Source: Tubiluchus corallicola (Eukaryota; Animalia; Priapulida). Taken from it: a stretch of 64,000 bases of DNA. The translations under genes and the position numbers were made by a program. The notes beneath the pieces were generated by a model. It was not told the origin of the DNA. It ran no database searches and was given only the letters and a program-made list of their open reading frames with translations. The DNA is taken from assembly GCA_030141605.1 (NCBI GenBank), contig JAQGDQ010000027.1, positions 957,554 to 1,021,553 of the forward strand, given 5' to 3'. Below are positions 12,358 to 26,266 of this stretch, piece by piece. The first letter of the stretch is position 1. Each line of letters starts with the position of its first letter.

Positions 12358-15192
12358 TTTCTGTAATTTCTGCTTTTTTATACGATCACTTCATCCAATA
12401 CGGAGATTCGCAAAGTCCGCAATGTCGGATGTGATACTGAGGCGCTGAAAAGCCAATGACATAGCAGTGACTAGTTTTTTGCTGCTGGGTTACCTATTTG
12501 AAGGCAGATTTATTTTATTTTAGAATGGTGCCTTCTCAATGTCTGCGAAAGACATGATGGGCATAATATTATAATGATGATGTACATACATAATTATTTT
12601 CATAAGCAACCACCAGTAAATTTTGTTAATTTAAAAATAAATTTATTTAGTTTTTTACCTTATTATTAAATTTATTATAATTATAGTGGGTTGCTTGTGG
12701 TGCAGATATAGTTGTATGTATGCGCGATAATTATATTACAGCATTTTCAGTAAAAATAATTAGCTTCAAAAGCATTGATGTTTGTGAATTGTGATATATT
12801 TCCTTAATAGTAATTCACAAGAATAGTAAGGTCTTACTTTGAAATTATACATCAAAATACCACGACGAATTTCCTTCAACATTCCTTACTGTTTTACTAC
12901 TATCAATAATATTGATAGTAGAACATTGTTATAAATTATGACCTTCCTAGAGGTAACAAATTCTTAGTAAGTTCTTGAATAAAGTGCGATTTTTCTGGTG
13001 GAACCAATTCGAAAAATAAGCCGACCAGTGAGAAAACAATACTACCACAAACAATACATCTCGACCTAGGTTTTCTCACTGCCCCTTGGTGGCTTACGTG
13101 CCCGAATGCGCGAGACATATACGAGCAGAATGTATGCTGCATAATTATATACTGTTCTTTTCGTCATCATCACTGCATCTGTTGTTCTAGTTGTGATGGT
13201 TTTTCGTAACTTCCAAAATTCTTCAACTCTTGGTAATAATAATGCTAATAGTCACAAATAAAACAGAGAAAAAATAATAACGATGGAAAATTAACGAATT
13301 ATAGAAAATTTGCGACTGTTACTGTAGATCAGGTGGATTAGGGTTACAAAAATCAGACAAAATTAATATTATGCACATAGCACAATTGTTACTCCAACTT
13401 ATGAAATGTTAGTACGATCGCTAATTAGGCAATTAATGTTAATTAATTAATTGCCCGACTATGGGAGCTTCGGCTGGATCGGAATGGCTATGAAGAATAC
13501 CAGAGTGACCTCAGACCACGAAATACGCGTTGTGAAGTAAATCTGTATCTCCCTAGTTTACAAGCTGGACTCCGCAATAAGCCGCTTCAATATGAATGTG
13601 ATCTAGGATAGGTTCGAGTGACAGATAGTATCTCTACGAGTATGCAAGGTTTCTGGGTAATACTAGATCGCACAAATCAAAGTGAACACACTATTGATAA
13701 AGGTATACAGGTTTATTGATTAGACAAATTTTATAATTAGACGGCTTGACAATAACAATATTCAAATAGATCTACGCGTGTTGCGTTTACAATCATTTAT
13801 CCAAAATACACGACTGCAGTGTCGCTGTACAATTCAATATAATTCTGAGACAACTGTTACTTTAATCAGTAAATACAATCTTCCACAGTTAAGTTCGAAT
13901 TACTTGACAACACTATATAATGTATACGGTTACTTAACTTGGGGACTGGCCAATCTTACAAGTTCCTTCAGTTGGCCAAGTCCTATTCCTATCATGAGCC
14001 GTCCTAAGCCTCAGTGGCTGGCGTTCCAACGACGCAGATGTTCACTCTATGCTGAGCAATAGAAACGATCTCCTACCTTCAGAGTTTTCTATCTGAGAGT
14101 CCAGCCCGTCACCTTCTTGACATTGACCAGAATCAAGCCAACAGCAGCCTCGATTCTTCGTGCACTGTCCTTTTGAACCTCGGGTCATGTCACAAGACAC
14201 ACTCCGTGGCTGGTCATCAAAGCATTCTGACTCCTTAGTGCTCTATTGATCTGACCACCTACGCATCTCGACTTTTCCCAGTGCCTTGATACCTTTACTA
14301 TCAGTGGGACAAGGTCCCATGGTGTCACTGTTCCAAAATTCATAGCCCTACTTTCAGCCTTCATTAACGTTTACTAAATTGGTTAGGAGCTGGTGTCTCT
14401 TGTCACACAATGAGTTCGGACATCCGTATTCTTAATCATGAACAATGGCGTACCACCTGTTAATTAGCTAGGCTGCCCCGTGGACTCTTCAAATTACTTC
14501 TTAAATTCATACTCTTCCGAATCAGTATTGGCCAACCGCCTCTTAAATTTCATAGAGTTCATTCTGTGGTTACATCTTACTTTGCTTATTACTTTATTTT
14601 CCATTATTAATCAGTTGTCCGAAATGTTTTCATACGTACATTAAACTCAAGATATAAGCTGGGCGAGTCATTTTCCCTGAACGGAATCATCTTAGTTTCA
14701 AATGCTAATTATTCATTAATTGATTTCAATTTTATTTTCCCAATGAATGATTTAACATTCTAAAATAAATTCATAACACAATATGTGCACTAATGCCACA
14801 ACTTTGTCATTTACTCTTAGGATAAATGAGCATAATATGTGGACCTATTTGAGACGTTTACACCTGTAACTACATATCTGCACTTTGGAACTTTGACAGA
14901 TTAAAAGCTAATAATTTAACACAAGTTGCCATGACGGCGTAAAAACTGTAAGCCAAAAGTTGAAACTGTGAATTATGGGTGTACACGAAAGATCTACTAA
15001 ATTATGCATTTTTAGCAAAGACACCTGATACACATTATGATGATGTTTTCAGTCCTACTTACAGAACGTGTCCTTATCACGTTGCTTATGACCCAAGAAC
15101 AACTATAGCTTGTAGTAATGCAAATATTTATATTAGGATCAAGACTTAGATGTATAAGTAGTCAGTGCATAGACCTATCATCGTAGCAAAAA

Positions 15193-18100
15193 ATGAAAAT
15201 GCCTCGCTGGTTATTGTGTGGATCTAGTCACAAAAACAAAGTAGACAAAACGATTGAAGAATGGAAGAAAAACAAACAAAAACGAACCAACCTTCTACTG
15301 TTAGGTAAGTAAAGTCTAAAGGGGGACAGTCACCTGTGAAATGGATTTGTGACGTGTAGTGAAAGTAGTCTCTTTGTAAACAACGCGCAGTTATAAGTCT
15401 ATTAGTAAGAGTTTAGGTTTGTATAACTGTGTCTTATTGATGTAAAATCTTTTAATAAACTGAAATTACGAAAATGAACGTCTTATTTACATGTCAAGAA
15501 AATGTACGTTCGCTTGTCATTTCCATAATATATGAACCCTAACGACTTACAAGAAGCATGATGCAAAACTTTGCTGGTACGTTTCGGATGTGCAACAGTG
15601 CAAGCAGCCACTATCAGCCATCTAAACCTACAAAAACAAAACACGATGTATTCAAATCATGGTTTTGATGTTTTGTTGTTACGGGTTAGATGGTTTATGA
15701 TGGTGTTTGCACAGGCAAAACGAACCTAATAAAGTTTTCCATCATGTTTTTACATCGTATTTTTAATCAGACTTCGTTTATCACCGAGTACAATCATAAA
15801 TTATTATTCCATATTTTGGACGTTCCAGTGGGGTGTTATGAAACAAAGCCGCGTTATTAACATCTAATATTTTACTGGGCTTGCAGTAAATGTTGGTCGT
15901 GACGTATTTCCCCCTCCCTCAATAAGGCATTGAGGGAGGGATGTTTTTTGTAAGCTGATTAGTCAATTACCTACATAATACATAACACGACGGTTACATA
16001 TTACCTGTACATGTACAATTTGTGATATGTGCAAAGTGTATTCTATGAATATCATGCCAATATTTAATTTAATCATATTTTTGAACAACTAAGCAAAATT
16101 TTTATTTAAGAGCAACAAAGTAGTTCCAATATTCCTAATGTCATTTTCAATTCCGCAAGTCGACTCCAACCTATTAGCGAAGAAGTGAAAGACGTCCAAA
16201 GCCTTAACCACGTATATAAAATACCATACTAAGTTCATTAAATGTTAACGTTTTATGACCTGCTTCTAGGAAGACCACTAAAAGAACATAGTACAATCAT
16301 ATATACATATTTGGTTTAAAGAATTTGCTGTATAAAGCTTCCTAGCTGATCCACTTGCAACTACAGTATTAGAAACACAAATAATTTTAGTTAAAATGCG
16401 TTTAAACGAACCCATATTTCTACGACTCCCGGCAATAATCCATTAATGATTATACCACAAATCTCTTTCTCTGGTAATTAAATAGCGCTTAGTTTAGCCA
16501 ATACAAGTGTCCACACGGTCACGTTAAAGCTAAGTATTATTAAAATGATTATTTATGACATAATCTTCATTGCTGCAGTTGTTGTTGTTTGCAGGTACAG
16601 GAGAATCGGGAAAAAGCACCATTACAAAGCAGATGAAAATTCTCTATGTTCAAGGCTTCAACGATGAGTAAGTGTCTCATCTGAGTATCTAGTATTTATA
16701 ATATTTGTTAGTTTTTTCAAGGGTCCGCTTTTCTCTCGCTTAATTATTTAGGCCTACCAACGTCTCAATTTTCACTAATATTTAGGTATGCTAATCATAT
16801 CAATGCAATCATTAATGATGATACAAACGCGCAATAGTTAGAATCAGTTTAGAATCAGCGATCTCATATTGGAAATGCTGAAACTGATTAGTTAGCTACA
16901 TGGATGAACTTTGAACTGTCGGTGGGGAACACGGTTGTGTAGCGGCTATTATGTTATAGTGTCTGACTTGTAAACAGAAAGTCCTTGTTTGAAATCCAAT
17001 CTTTGTTGACCACCTACAACCCATGAATGTTGGACTGTCATGATCGCTGGGCAACGCGGTAGTCTAACGGTTGTGACGCTTGTCTTGCAAGCAGAAGGTC
17101 TGTGGTTCAAATCCAGACGGTCAGGTGTTTCAACTTTGGATCATGTTGTAGAAGTAAATAAACAGAATCAGTAATTTGGCAATGTTCTAAGAAGAATTTT
17201 CATCCGCCAGACATGGCTTTTACGATCACTTCAGAAGAGCTTCGCATCGTGTCTCAACATGACGTAACGGTCCTCCTTGGTGACATGAACGTAACCACTG
17301 GCTTCTTCAGCAGAGACTCTTAATTCAGTTTAATTTTGTTCCGTTTACGTTTAACTATTGCAAGTATTTTTTGATGCAAACCAACATCAGCTGCACGTAT
17401 TGGATATATAGACCCATAAAACTATTCTGGCTCTGTAGAATCTATTGGTGGTCAAGCCAACGCGTAGGTCCACGCACTCAACAATCCAAAGTTTCTCTAC
17501 ATACTGTTTACTTTCAGAGAAAGAAGAGAAAAAATTTATATCATACGACAAAATCTTCTGGATTCTATACAGGTACTGCCTACATTTGATTTAGAACTGC
17601 TTGTGACAAATATTAAGTCTAACATAGATAAATTATTTTTAACGGTAACATAAAAATGTTTGTAACAGTGTTCAGATGTGTGTTAATGTTAGCGTTAGCG
17701 TTAGCACAATAGCATCAGTGATAGGATTATAGTAATAGCATTGGGATTAGTATTAGAATGTTCTTGACCGGGGTACGAAGTAAAATTCAACCTTAAAAAT
17801 GTTGTTCATGACATAAACCAGAACTTAAAAAATATGATATTGTAACGAAGCTGGATGGCACTGATTCGTTCTGCCAAGGCATAGGTGTACAGAAAACGTC
17901 CAAATGTGTAAAACAACGTGAAGTAATAGATTTAGGTAACTGAAAAAAACTCGCCAGATATCTAATCCATTATACTTCATGGTGGCTGTCCTTACGGAAC
18001 AAGTGCTGAGACGGAATACGTACCTGGCCAGCTGCTCACTGAACCGAAGAAGCCATTCCTACTGACGATTTTATATCTCTTATTCAACGCCTTATAGTAT

Positions 18101-21100
18101 GCAATGGCTTCGTATTGACGAGACCGGCACCACGTAGAAGGGTGAGGAGTCGAAAATAAAATGTAATTCGTCCGCATAGCAATATAAAAATGTAAACGTG
18201 GGAGTGAAAGTAACTGGCCTAGCTGTAGCCTCATTCGACACTCCATCTCAATAAAATAAAATTTTAGGTGATGATGCCATTTTTCTTATGTACCTTTACT
18301 GCAGTTTATTTCAATAACTTTGCAGACTATTCTAAAAGCAATGACAGAGATCTCACCTGCGCTTCTATTAGAAAATCCTGACAATATTCCCAGGGCTGAG
18401 CGAATACTTGCAATAGACGGCACTGAGATGTTGAATCAGGTATTTTGGTAAAAAGTTTATGTACGTAATATGTATGTATTCAAAGGATGTACTTGTATTG
18501 TCTTCTACATAATGTTAACATTAGTTTATTTGACCTACTTCACTTTGGAAATTAAACACACGTCTTTTTTACTTTAGGTTAAGCTTATATGTTCAGTAAA
18601 AACCTGAAAATATATTTCTATTTAAAACACATTTGAGAACCTCAAACTAAACGCATTCAGTAATTTCAGTTATGCTTAGTTGTTTCCTCATTATACATAC
18701 CACACTTACAGGGCAATAAAGGTCCTATACAGGCGCTGCAAGACTATTCTATATTTTGAGTAAAAATAAGCGGACACAGGGCTGCTTGTAAATTCTATAT
18801 TTAAGTCTCGATTAAGAATAATCCAGTAGTGGGTTAATGGCATATACTTATTACTTAACAAAATGTTGGTTTTTAAGAACCATTCTTCGAATACTAAGAA
18901 TATTCTCAATGCGTAATTTAGTTTTTTTAGTATAATAACTATTTCATTTTATCTTAGCTTATCTTTTCTATCTTCTCCTTTCCTCTCATCTCCTCACTTC
19001 TCTGCTCTTCTCGTCTTATCTCCTCTCCTCTCTCATCGCCTGACATCTTCTCCTATCCCATGCAATTCCATCCTGTCCCATGGTAAGTTTTTTCTTTTTG
19101 GTCTATACTATCCATCAGCACCAATGAATAAATGAATATATGAATGATTGACTGAACGAATGAATGAATAATGAATGAATGGATGAATAAATAAATCTGT
19201 AAATGAATGAATGAATGAATGAATGAATGAATGAATGAATGAATGAATGAATGAATGAATGAATGAGTAAATAAATGAATGAATGTTAATCTTTCCCGTC
19301 AATAAACCATCGGTTCGAAACACACTATCATTCAACATAAGTAACACCAAAACCTGGCCATAAAAAATCAAGTATACTATATTTGATTTTGGGCCACTTC
19401 AGGGTTTCTATGATGATATTCAAGCAGTATGGACGGACTCTGGTGTGCAAGCAGCATTTCGACGTAGACATGAGTACCAGCTCATTGACTCAGCCCAATA
19501 GTAAGTGAACAAGTTCTCACGCAAAGAGGACTAAGAACCGTTGTTTAGAATACCGTATGACGTCGAAATTCGCCATTATGTATAATTTTAGCTGGGTAGT
19601 CCAAATTCCTAGACTTTCGACTAGTCTTCTCAGGAACAATGTAAATGTGTGTTTTAAAATGGTGTAGACACATTTCATTTATTTATTTATTTATAGGGTA
19701 GTTTGATTTTAATGCTGGAGTTTTATGTGTTATAAACATCGACATACCTGCGTGCATGTGTATTATTTTTGGGGACAGTAAATGACCTTGAAGTTGCAAG
19801 AGACTTCAGTGCATACAGAAGATTTTTTGCATTCAGCAGTAGGTGAATGAACATTGAAGAGAATATTAAAACCAAAATCCTCTGTATAATAATGGAGTTA
19901 AGTTTTCGGGGATTTTTTTAAACCTTAGTATAAAAAGAAAAGACGCGTATAAACCCTGCCAATCACGCAACTTCAAATCGCAGTAGAGCAAATTGATGCA
20001 AAGAGAGAAACCCACAAACTGCATATCTTTTTACAGTTTTCTGGACTATATAAATGAACTTCGGCAAGATGACTACGTACCATCAGATCAAGACATTCTC
20101 AGATCTCGAGTGACGACCACCTCAATAAAATCAATAGAATTTAACGTCGTAGTTCCTCGGAAGGACGGTGGTGGAACAGCTACTTTTTGGTTTGCTCTTT
20201 TTAGAATTTTATGTTCTTTATAGCATTGCAACAAGTCACAACAACGTCAATAACAGCGGCAGTCTTATTAGTTTCACAAGGTGTTTCTAATCCGCGAGTA
20301 ACGTATCCAATATCATCATTACTTTAGACACCTAATCGTAATTTTGAATAACTTTTAAACTCTAATCCCAGAGTCTTGGAACTTGCAGAGTAGTCACTTA
20401 AGGACTCAGACTACGGTATGGATAAAAGACTGCCATTGGATAAAAGTGCCCGAGATACGAGTAAATGCGGAAAATTAGGCCACACTGCTCAGTAACACAC
20501 GAGTAAACCACACTAATCAAGTGATAAACGCCGTCGTGCTCGTAGATTAAGTTCTGAATTCATTCGGTTTTGTCTACTCGAGATTCATTACCGCTTTGTA
20601 TAGAAAATATCAGTGAACCAAAATTGTCTTTCTCATACGTATTTTTTATATTCTATGTAGTAATATTTTGTACATATGAATATTAAATTCACGATTTTAA
20701 CAGTGTTTTCCCCATTTTCTCTTTAGTATATACGATGTTGGTGGGCAGCGTGGTGAAAGACGTAAATGGATTCAAGTATTTGCTGGTCTCAAGATTATAA
20801 TATTCGTTGTAGATTGCGGTAGTTTCAACCAAGTATTAAGAGAAGATGTATCTAGAAACAGACTGAGTGACGCCATCAACCTTTTCGAAGAACTCTGGCA
20901 GAACAGGTAATTAAACTATTTACCTGCAAAATATTATACAAAGAAGAAGGTCTTGGGTGCGAGTCGCAGTGAAGATGCAAAATTCTTTACCCTTCTAATT
21001 TAGTAGTGCTTGCTTACGTGGGTTTTTTGGATTGATCTCGCTCTGTCTTGATACAACCCGGAGCCATTCTGCGTTGATGATAGTGGCCACTAGTTGATCT

Positions 21101-24100
21101 CTAGTGGCTGATAACATAAATTTCAGAGTCTGAAAAGTTAGAATATACTTCTGCATGTAATGGTTACCATAGCTGACTGGAAAGCAAACAATCTTCAGTT
21201 CGAGTGCTAGTGGGTGCGAAAAATTTTCTAATTTAGTATTATTTGTGTATTCATTGGGTTTAATAATTAAAGCTATTATAGTGTTAGACCTGGTCAGAAA
21301 TTGATGGAATTCTCCCAGACACATTGTTTTTTTTTGAGGAAGAATGTAGACACATCCGAATGTGACTCCTAGATTATATCAGAAGATTATCCTATTTTTA
21401 TGAGGTTGTACCAGTCCTGGCTCACCTATCACAGCAATAACATCGCCTAGAAGTGTTTGATGTCAACTTGTAGTGAGAACTGCACGAAAAGTGGACGAAA
21501 TCACACGGAAACCTAATAAGACATTGTTATGTCTTCGAATTAAAACTTAAACGGTTTAGCTCAAATTAATGTTTTCCCAGATTAACGAAATCCCAGATTT
21601 TCAAAATTTAAATTAGCGCTTTAAATACTAGGCCTAAGAGCTATTTTGTTTGAGACATGCTTGTCGATGACAATGGATTCCCAAACGTCACCATTTTTTC
21701 CTTTTTTACATGAACTAGCCTAAAATGGATTATTGTTGAAGTATTAAGTGCTATATAGTGCATGCAGGGTAATTTTAGTCTATGTTGCTTTGACAGGTTT
21801 TTGTGCCAGACGTCGTTTATAATTTTCTTCAACAAACAAGATTTGCTCATGCAGAAAATACGAGATGGAGAAAAGTTGGAACATTATTTTCCTGAGTACT
21901 CAGAATTCACTTCTGAATGTGGTATTGGATTCAAAATCGTTCAGTAGATACTAGATACTTGTATAATTGGTTTTAAAATAAAATAAAATAGCTACAACTG
22001 CCACTGAAAACGTAATTCTTTTATTGCACAGAAGCACCCGAGTTAGAAATCAACTTCACGTCATGCTCAGCAAAAAATATGTGTGGTCTGAGTACGAAAT
22101 TTAATATTAGAATTAGATAGTAGAGAAAGGCTTTGACAGCTTAGAAATGCAAGAGAAGAAATGGAAAACCACTACTTAGAACTGATAACCTGACTGATCT
22201 TACATTTTTTAGCTGAGGATCGCATGAAGGCAATTCAAAACGCACAATTGATTTTATGAAAACAATGTCGAACCATACAGTTGATATCATGAAGAGAATG
22301 TCGAAGCGTGCAGTTGATATCCCGAAGACATTGTAGAAACGTGCAGTTGATATCATAAAGACAATGTCGAAACGTAAAGTTGATTTTTTCTAAAACATGC
22401 TTATGTATAATAAAAGTTTAATGTTTTCAGAGATGTTGTAGCTGTTTGTTTCCCTTAAAGTTAGAATTTCCAAGTTATAAATCTATTGCAGTGTAATTAG
22501 TGGCGTCTATTATGAGGCTCTGATATTAAATTACTGCTGTGCTGTTATTGATTTACAGTTGTATTTCCGCGTTTGTTTAAGTTAAACACAGCTTGCCAAT
22601 TCTGGAATAAACGTGAAAGGCGTTTTATTAATTGCTTAAACGCTCATTATGAATTTTTGTAGATGGCGAAGATCCCTATTTAATGGCAAGAAATTTCATC
22701 ACTTTCAAGTTCTTGGTAAGTCGACAAGACACCAATTTTAGCTAGCTCGTCGACCATTTTGAATTTTGTTTTTTCGTTTATTTGGTCTACAGAGCCCGAG
22801 AATTTGGGGTCTAAGAATTCATATTTGTTATTGTTTAAGTGTTTAACACATTTTTATCTTTATGTCCAATATAGCTGCTATTTTTATGTTTGGTAATGCA
22901 ATTTGATTGTTCTTCAAAAGTCAACCATGGCTCTATTCATGCTGAGTTATGAACAGCAAACTGCAAATGCCCAATGGAACTGTAAAGAAGACAGTTTTAT
23001 ATATTTTTTGTTTTTTGTGTTTTTTTTATAACTGTATTTTGACTTAACCTGCTCAATATGGTCAATTACTCTTCATCCGGTTCTGATGATTTTCCCCACT
23101 TGTCCTTCTTATCATCGTCGCAACTGCTATCAGTACTTTGAGATGTGGAAAGGTGTGGCGTACAGGTCAACTCCCTATTCATGATTTCCATGGAACACTA
23201 GCTGAGGGTATGAATGTTTTACCAGGGTATTATCAAATTGGCAATATGAGATGTATGGTTCCATCAATCCACAAGGTGATCCAACATGCCTTCACCAGGT
23301 GGGCGACGTATCATACACTTCTCTCACTGTGTGGCATTACATGACCTGGCCTGTTCACAGGTTATAACTGTATTCTCAGTATAACCTTTGGCGAGAACAA
23401 GTGTCTTCGTATTTAGCCCTGGTCTGTGGTCTCGGTCAGTGATTACGCTACATTGAAATTTATGATGTCATCTGCAATCTCTCCTGTTAACATGGTGTGG
23501 CAGTTGATTAATGCATGCTTGAAACTAATCAGCAATTTACCTTGGACTTGTTGTGAGACTTACCAGAATATAGCCTATCATACCTAAAGATTCAGAGTAT
23601 CAAAAGGGGTGATTACCTGAATGAAATCTGCCCTATTAATTTCTCGTATGACACTAATCACTCAAAAGATATTACTTCGCCTCATGGTTCTGGTCAATGA
23701 CAGGTACGACCTTCCTTTTAGCATCAAGGATGATGAACTCAGGCAGTATTCAGCAAAACGATTATACATTTCAAACAGTTTACCTGTTTTAACTGAAGGC
23801 CTTTAACTGAAGGCACTTTCCCAGATCCTGTTGAGTTCAGCAAGCTAATAGTCAACTCGGAGAATAGAAGCTTGTGAAGGAATACCTTGAGAACCCAAAT
23901 AGGTCTGGTGCAAGGTGACATCATACAGTGTGGGGAGGAGATGTCTGTGAACCTGAGATGACAGGCATCCAAAGACAGACATGATTTGATTTGATTTATC
24001 GTTTATTCCAAACATAAAGTTCATATTGAAAATACAGTTACAACAATATATAACAGTTAATAACACACACACACACACGCACGCACACACACACACACAC

Positions 24101-26266
24101 GCATAACTTAGAAAGTTACACTACTATACTATATTTACAATTAGCACCCGAAGCATGGGCTCAGACTCATGGTGGCTGATTAAATTAAACACTCTTGTAC
24201 AGATACGCTACTGATCTTTGCCTCTGCCACGCTGGGGATCATCACAATTTTCTATGTCGTCACTAGCAGCGACTACACATCAGGGCTCTGACGTCATTGG
24301 AAAAAACAGCGCTAGAGAAGGTGGTCAGTGATCCTGAGGGCCAGAAAGCTCTTTAGACAATTAGACAAGAATCTAGAACATAGAGGACCAACTACAAACA
24401 AGTATAAAAATATTTGTTCTCTTCATAGTTTATGCTAAGAGTGCAGCCGTAACTGGGCGGCAACAGCATCCAAGTGGCAAAACCTAAAAAAGTGGAGTAC
24501 GATCCAGGTTGGATCACCACGCTTAAAGACGATCATATTACCAGGTCCATTATGCGGTGCTGCCATCGGGTAGTTCCAGTAATCCCTGGACGAGAGGCCT
24601 TGATTCGAACGCCAGATCCTGAATTCAGAGCAGCAAACTAAACCACTGGGAGGCATTAAGCCAGATTTAAAAGAGCGTCATAAGACCCGACCAAAATGCC
24701 TGACTAATCTAGTAATCATTAAATATAGATGAGTAAACTTTGAATCTATCAAACTGTTAACGTTTTGTAAGTGAGAACGAAGCTTTGTAATTGCTTATAA
24801 TTGAACTGAACACATATCTTGCTAAACACAAGAAAAGATAAAGAGCAACTGGGGGGTTACCAGATGTTTACATTTACGCCTAAGACAATTGAACGACAAG
24901 TTCTGGGAGAGCAGGAACAAGTTTGTCCTGTTTAGCGTTTAGACTATCACTAGTAACCACAGAGCTGAAGGATTCAGAATGCTGCGCTTATATTTATAGA
25001 TTTAGCACAGATAAAGCAGGTAAGTATTTAAATGTAAGCCAATCAAAAAGTAGGAAATGTGAATTTCATGAACGTAAGATTACTACATTTTGATTTACAG
25101 GGGTGCTTTGCTTTATATTGTGTGTCATTCTGTGTGTGAGATTGTGAACGCAAAACAGGGCGTTATTCAGCCGCGTGACAATACCCTGGTAGAACAACCA
25201 TCCATAGGGTCGACAAGCGTGCAATATCCTTTACACTTGTGCCAACAATTCACACTTTGTTGAAATGAAAGTGTTGATGACAGTAACAGTGATGATGAAA
25301 AGTGTAAATGCGGGGAAATCAGCAAGCTTGGGAAAATTGTATTCATCTATGCCGTGTGTTGTAGGTCAAGTTGTTCCTCAAATATCAAAATATATAAAAA
25401 AAGTAAAAATAAAAAAGAAGCAAATTCCATGACTCAGGTCATAAATTCTGGGCCTCATCATGAGCAGTGTGAAAGTGGTGACTGATGTAAGTGTTACACG
25501 CATTTTCATTATCCTCATCTTTGGTCTATAACACTGGTTTGTAAATCGGTAATTATCGGTTGCACTTTCGAACCTCATTATCCCAACTTCAACCAAGTTC
25601 TAACTTCTTTGTAATTTTATTGTTGATTTGCAGGTTGAATATTCATACTTCAGCATGAACAGAGGTTTCATTAAACATAAAAGTTAAAAATAGTTGAAAT
25701 CATCAGAACGACATAAAATGTGAATTCCTCCTACGCGTCCCAAAAACCACCTGCTTTGTAGACCAAACCATTTATACTATAACACACAAGATAGAAGGTT
25801 ACTTGAAAATGACATAAAAAGAATTCCTTGACACCGAAAGCCTCAAAAACCAGATACTTCACAGCGTTGTAAGCGAAATCAACAAAAAGATAATTTTTGA
25901 GATGCCCGATGGCGGCCATTTTGGATTTTAGGCTCTCGCAGAGTTTCTTCATACATGTGCAACGGACATGATTTCTAAATATTTTACTCCGCAGTCGCGG
26001 AACTACTGAAACCGACCCAACTATTGCATAATTATGAACCAATACTGTCCAGTAACGAAAAGAATGTCAGCGCAAAGCTCTCCGTAACACGATTGTTTTT
26101 ATTTTTTGACTCTTCACAGGATGTGAAAAAAAGTTGGCCGTCACACGGCAGGCAAGTGTTTCATCACTATACAACAGCAGTGGATACAGACAACATTAAA
26201 CACGTGTTCAATGACTGCAAAGCAAGAATCATTAATGAAAGACTGTCGGAAATAATAGATATATAA
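15193..26266 (+). CDS. Galphaf: Heterotrimeric G protein alpha subunit, Gs class, G-alpha-f-like; 10 coding exons, 369 aa
   Basis: Exons 15193-15304, 16595-16667, 17518-17572, 18326-18439, 19403-19500, 20037-20189, 20727-20906, 21797-21921, 22663-22715, 26120-26266. All introns GT-AG, phases consistent, total 1110 nt. Motifs [50 protein letters not shown]. The 73/55/98-nt exons match recalled Gs-type exon sizes. The VPRKDGGG insert before DVGGQ and KWIQVF resemble Drosophila G-alpha-f. Confidence 0.9.
15555..15750. mobile_element. Degenerate foldback/MITE in G-alpha intron 1
   Basis: AAGCATGATGCAAAACTTTGCTGGTACGTTT pairs imperfectly with AAACGAACCTAATAAAGTTTTCCATCATGTTT; inner GTGCAAGC..CCATCTAAACC..AACAAAACA pairs with TGTTTTGTT..GGGTTAGATGG..TTTGCAC. 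Confidence 0.55.
17049..17125 (+). mobile_element. tRNA-derived SINE head
   Basis: A-box TAGTCTAACGG, anticodon-like loop CTTGCAA, B-box GGTTCAAATCC; no acceptor stem pairing. Related decayed copies at ~16924-17000, ~32247-32310, ~36020-36102(-), ~36278-36328. Confidence 0.6.
19123..19285. repeat. (TGAA)n microsatellite
   Basis: Pure run ~19202-19265 with degenerate flanks; a (CTCTT)-rich tract precedes it at ~18960-19080. Confidence 0.95.
22241..22387. repeat. 33-bp minisatellite, ~4 copies, in a G-alpha intron
   Basis: Units like AGACAATGTCGAAACGTGCAGTTGATATCATGA. Confidence 0.8.
23100..23600 (-). mobile_element. Highly decayed LINE endonuclease-like remnant (tentative)
   Basis: Minus-strand fragments [14 protein letters not shown] and IRRPP in the order of APE-domain motifs (N, TETW, YRPP). 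Many stops; frames were not all verified. Confidence 0.3.
24063..24101. repeat. (CA)n microsatellite
   Basis: ACACACAC...GCACGCACACAC. Confidence 0.9.
24435..24660 (-). mobile_element. Probable tRNA-derived SINE (second family)
   Basis: Minus strand CAGTGGTTTAG...GGCGTTCGAATC (B-box) followed by a comparatively GC-rich ~170-bp body. Confidence 0.4.

Noticed and set aside
17049-17125. Genuine tRNA-Ala(TGC) gene
   Set aside because: A and B boxes are present but the acceptor stem does not pair, and several decayed relatives occur in the window, so it is better explained as a SINE.
19108-19371. IHSF-repeat ORF
   Set aside because: Translation of the (TGAA)n microsatellite.
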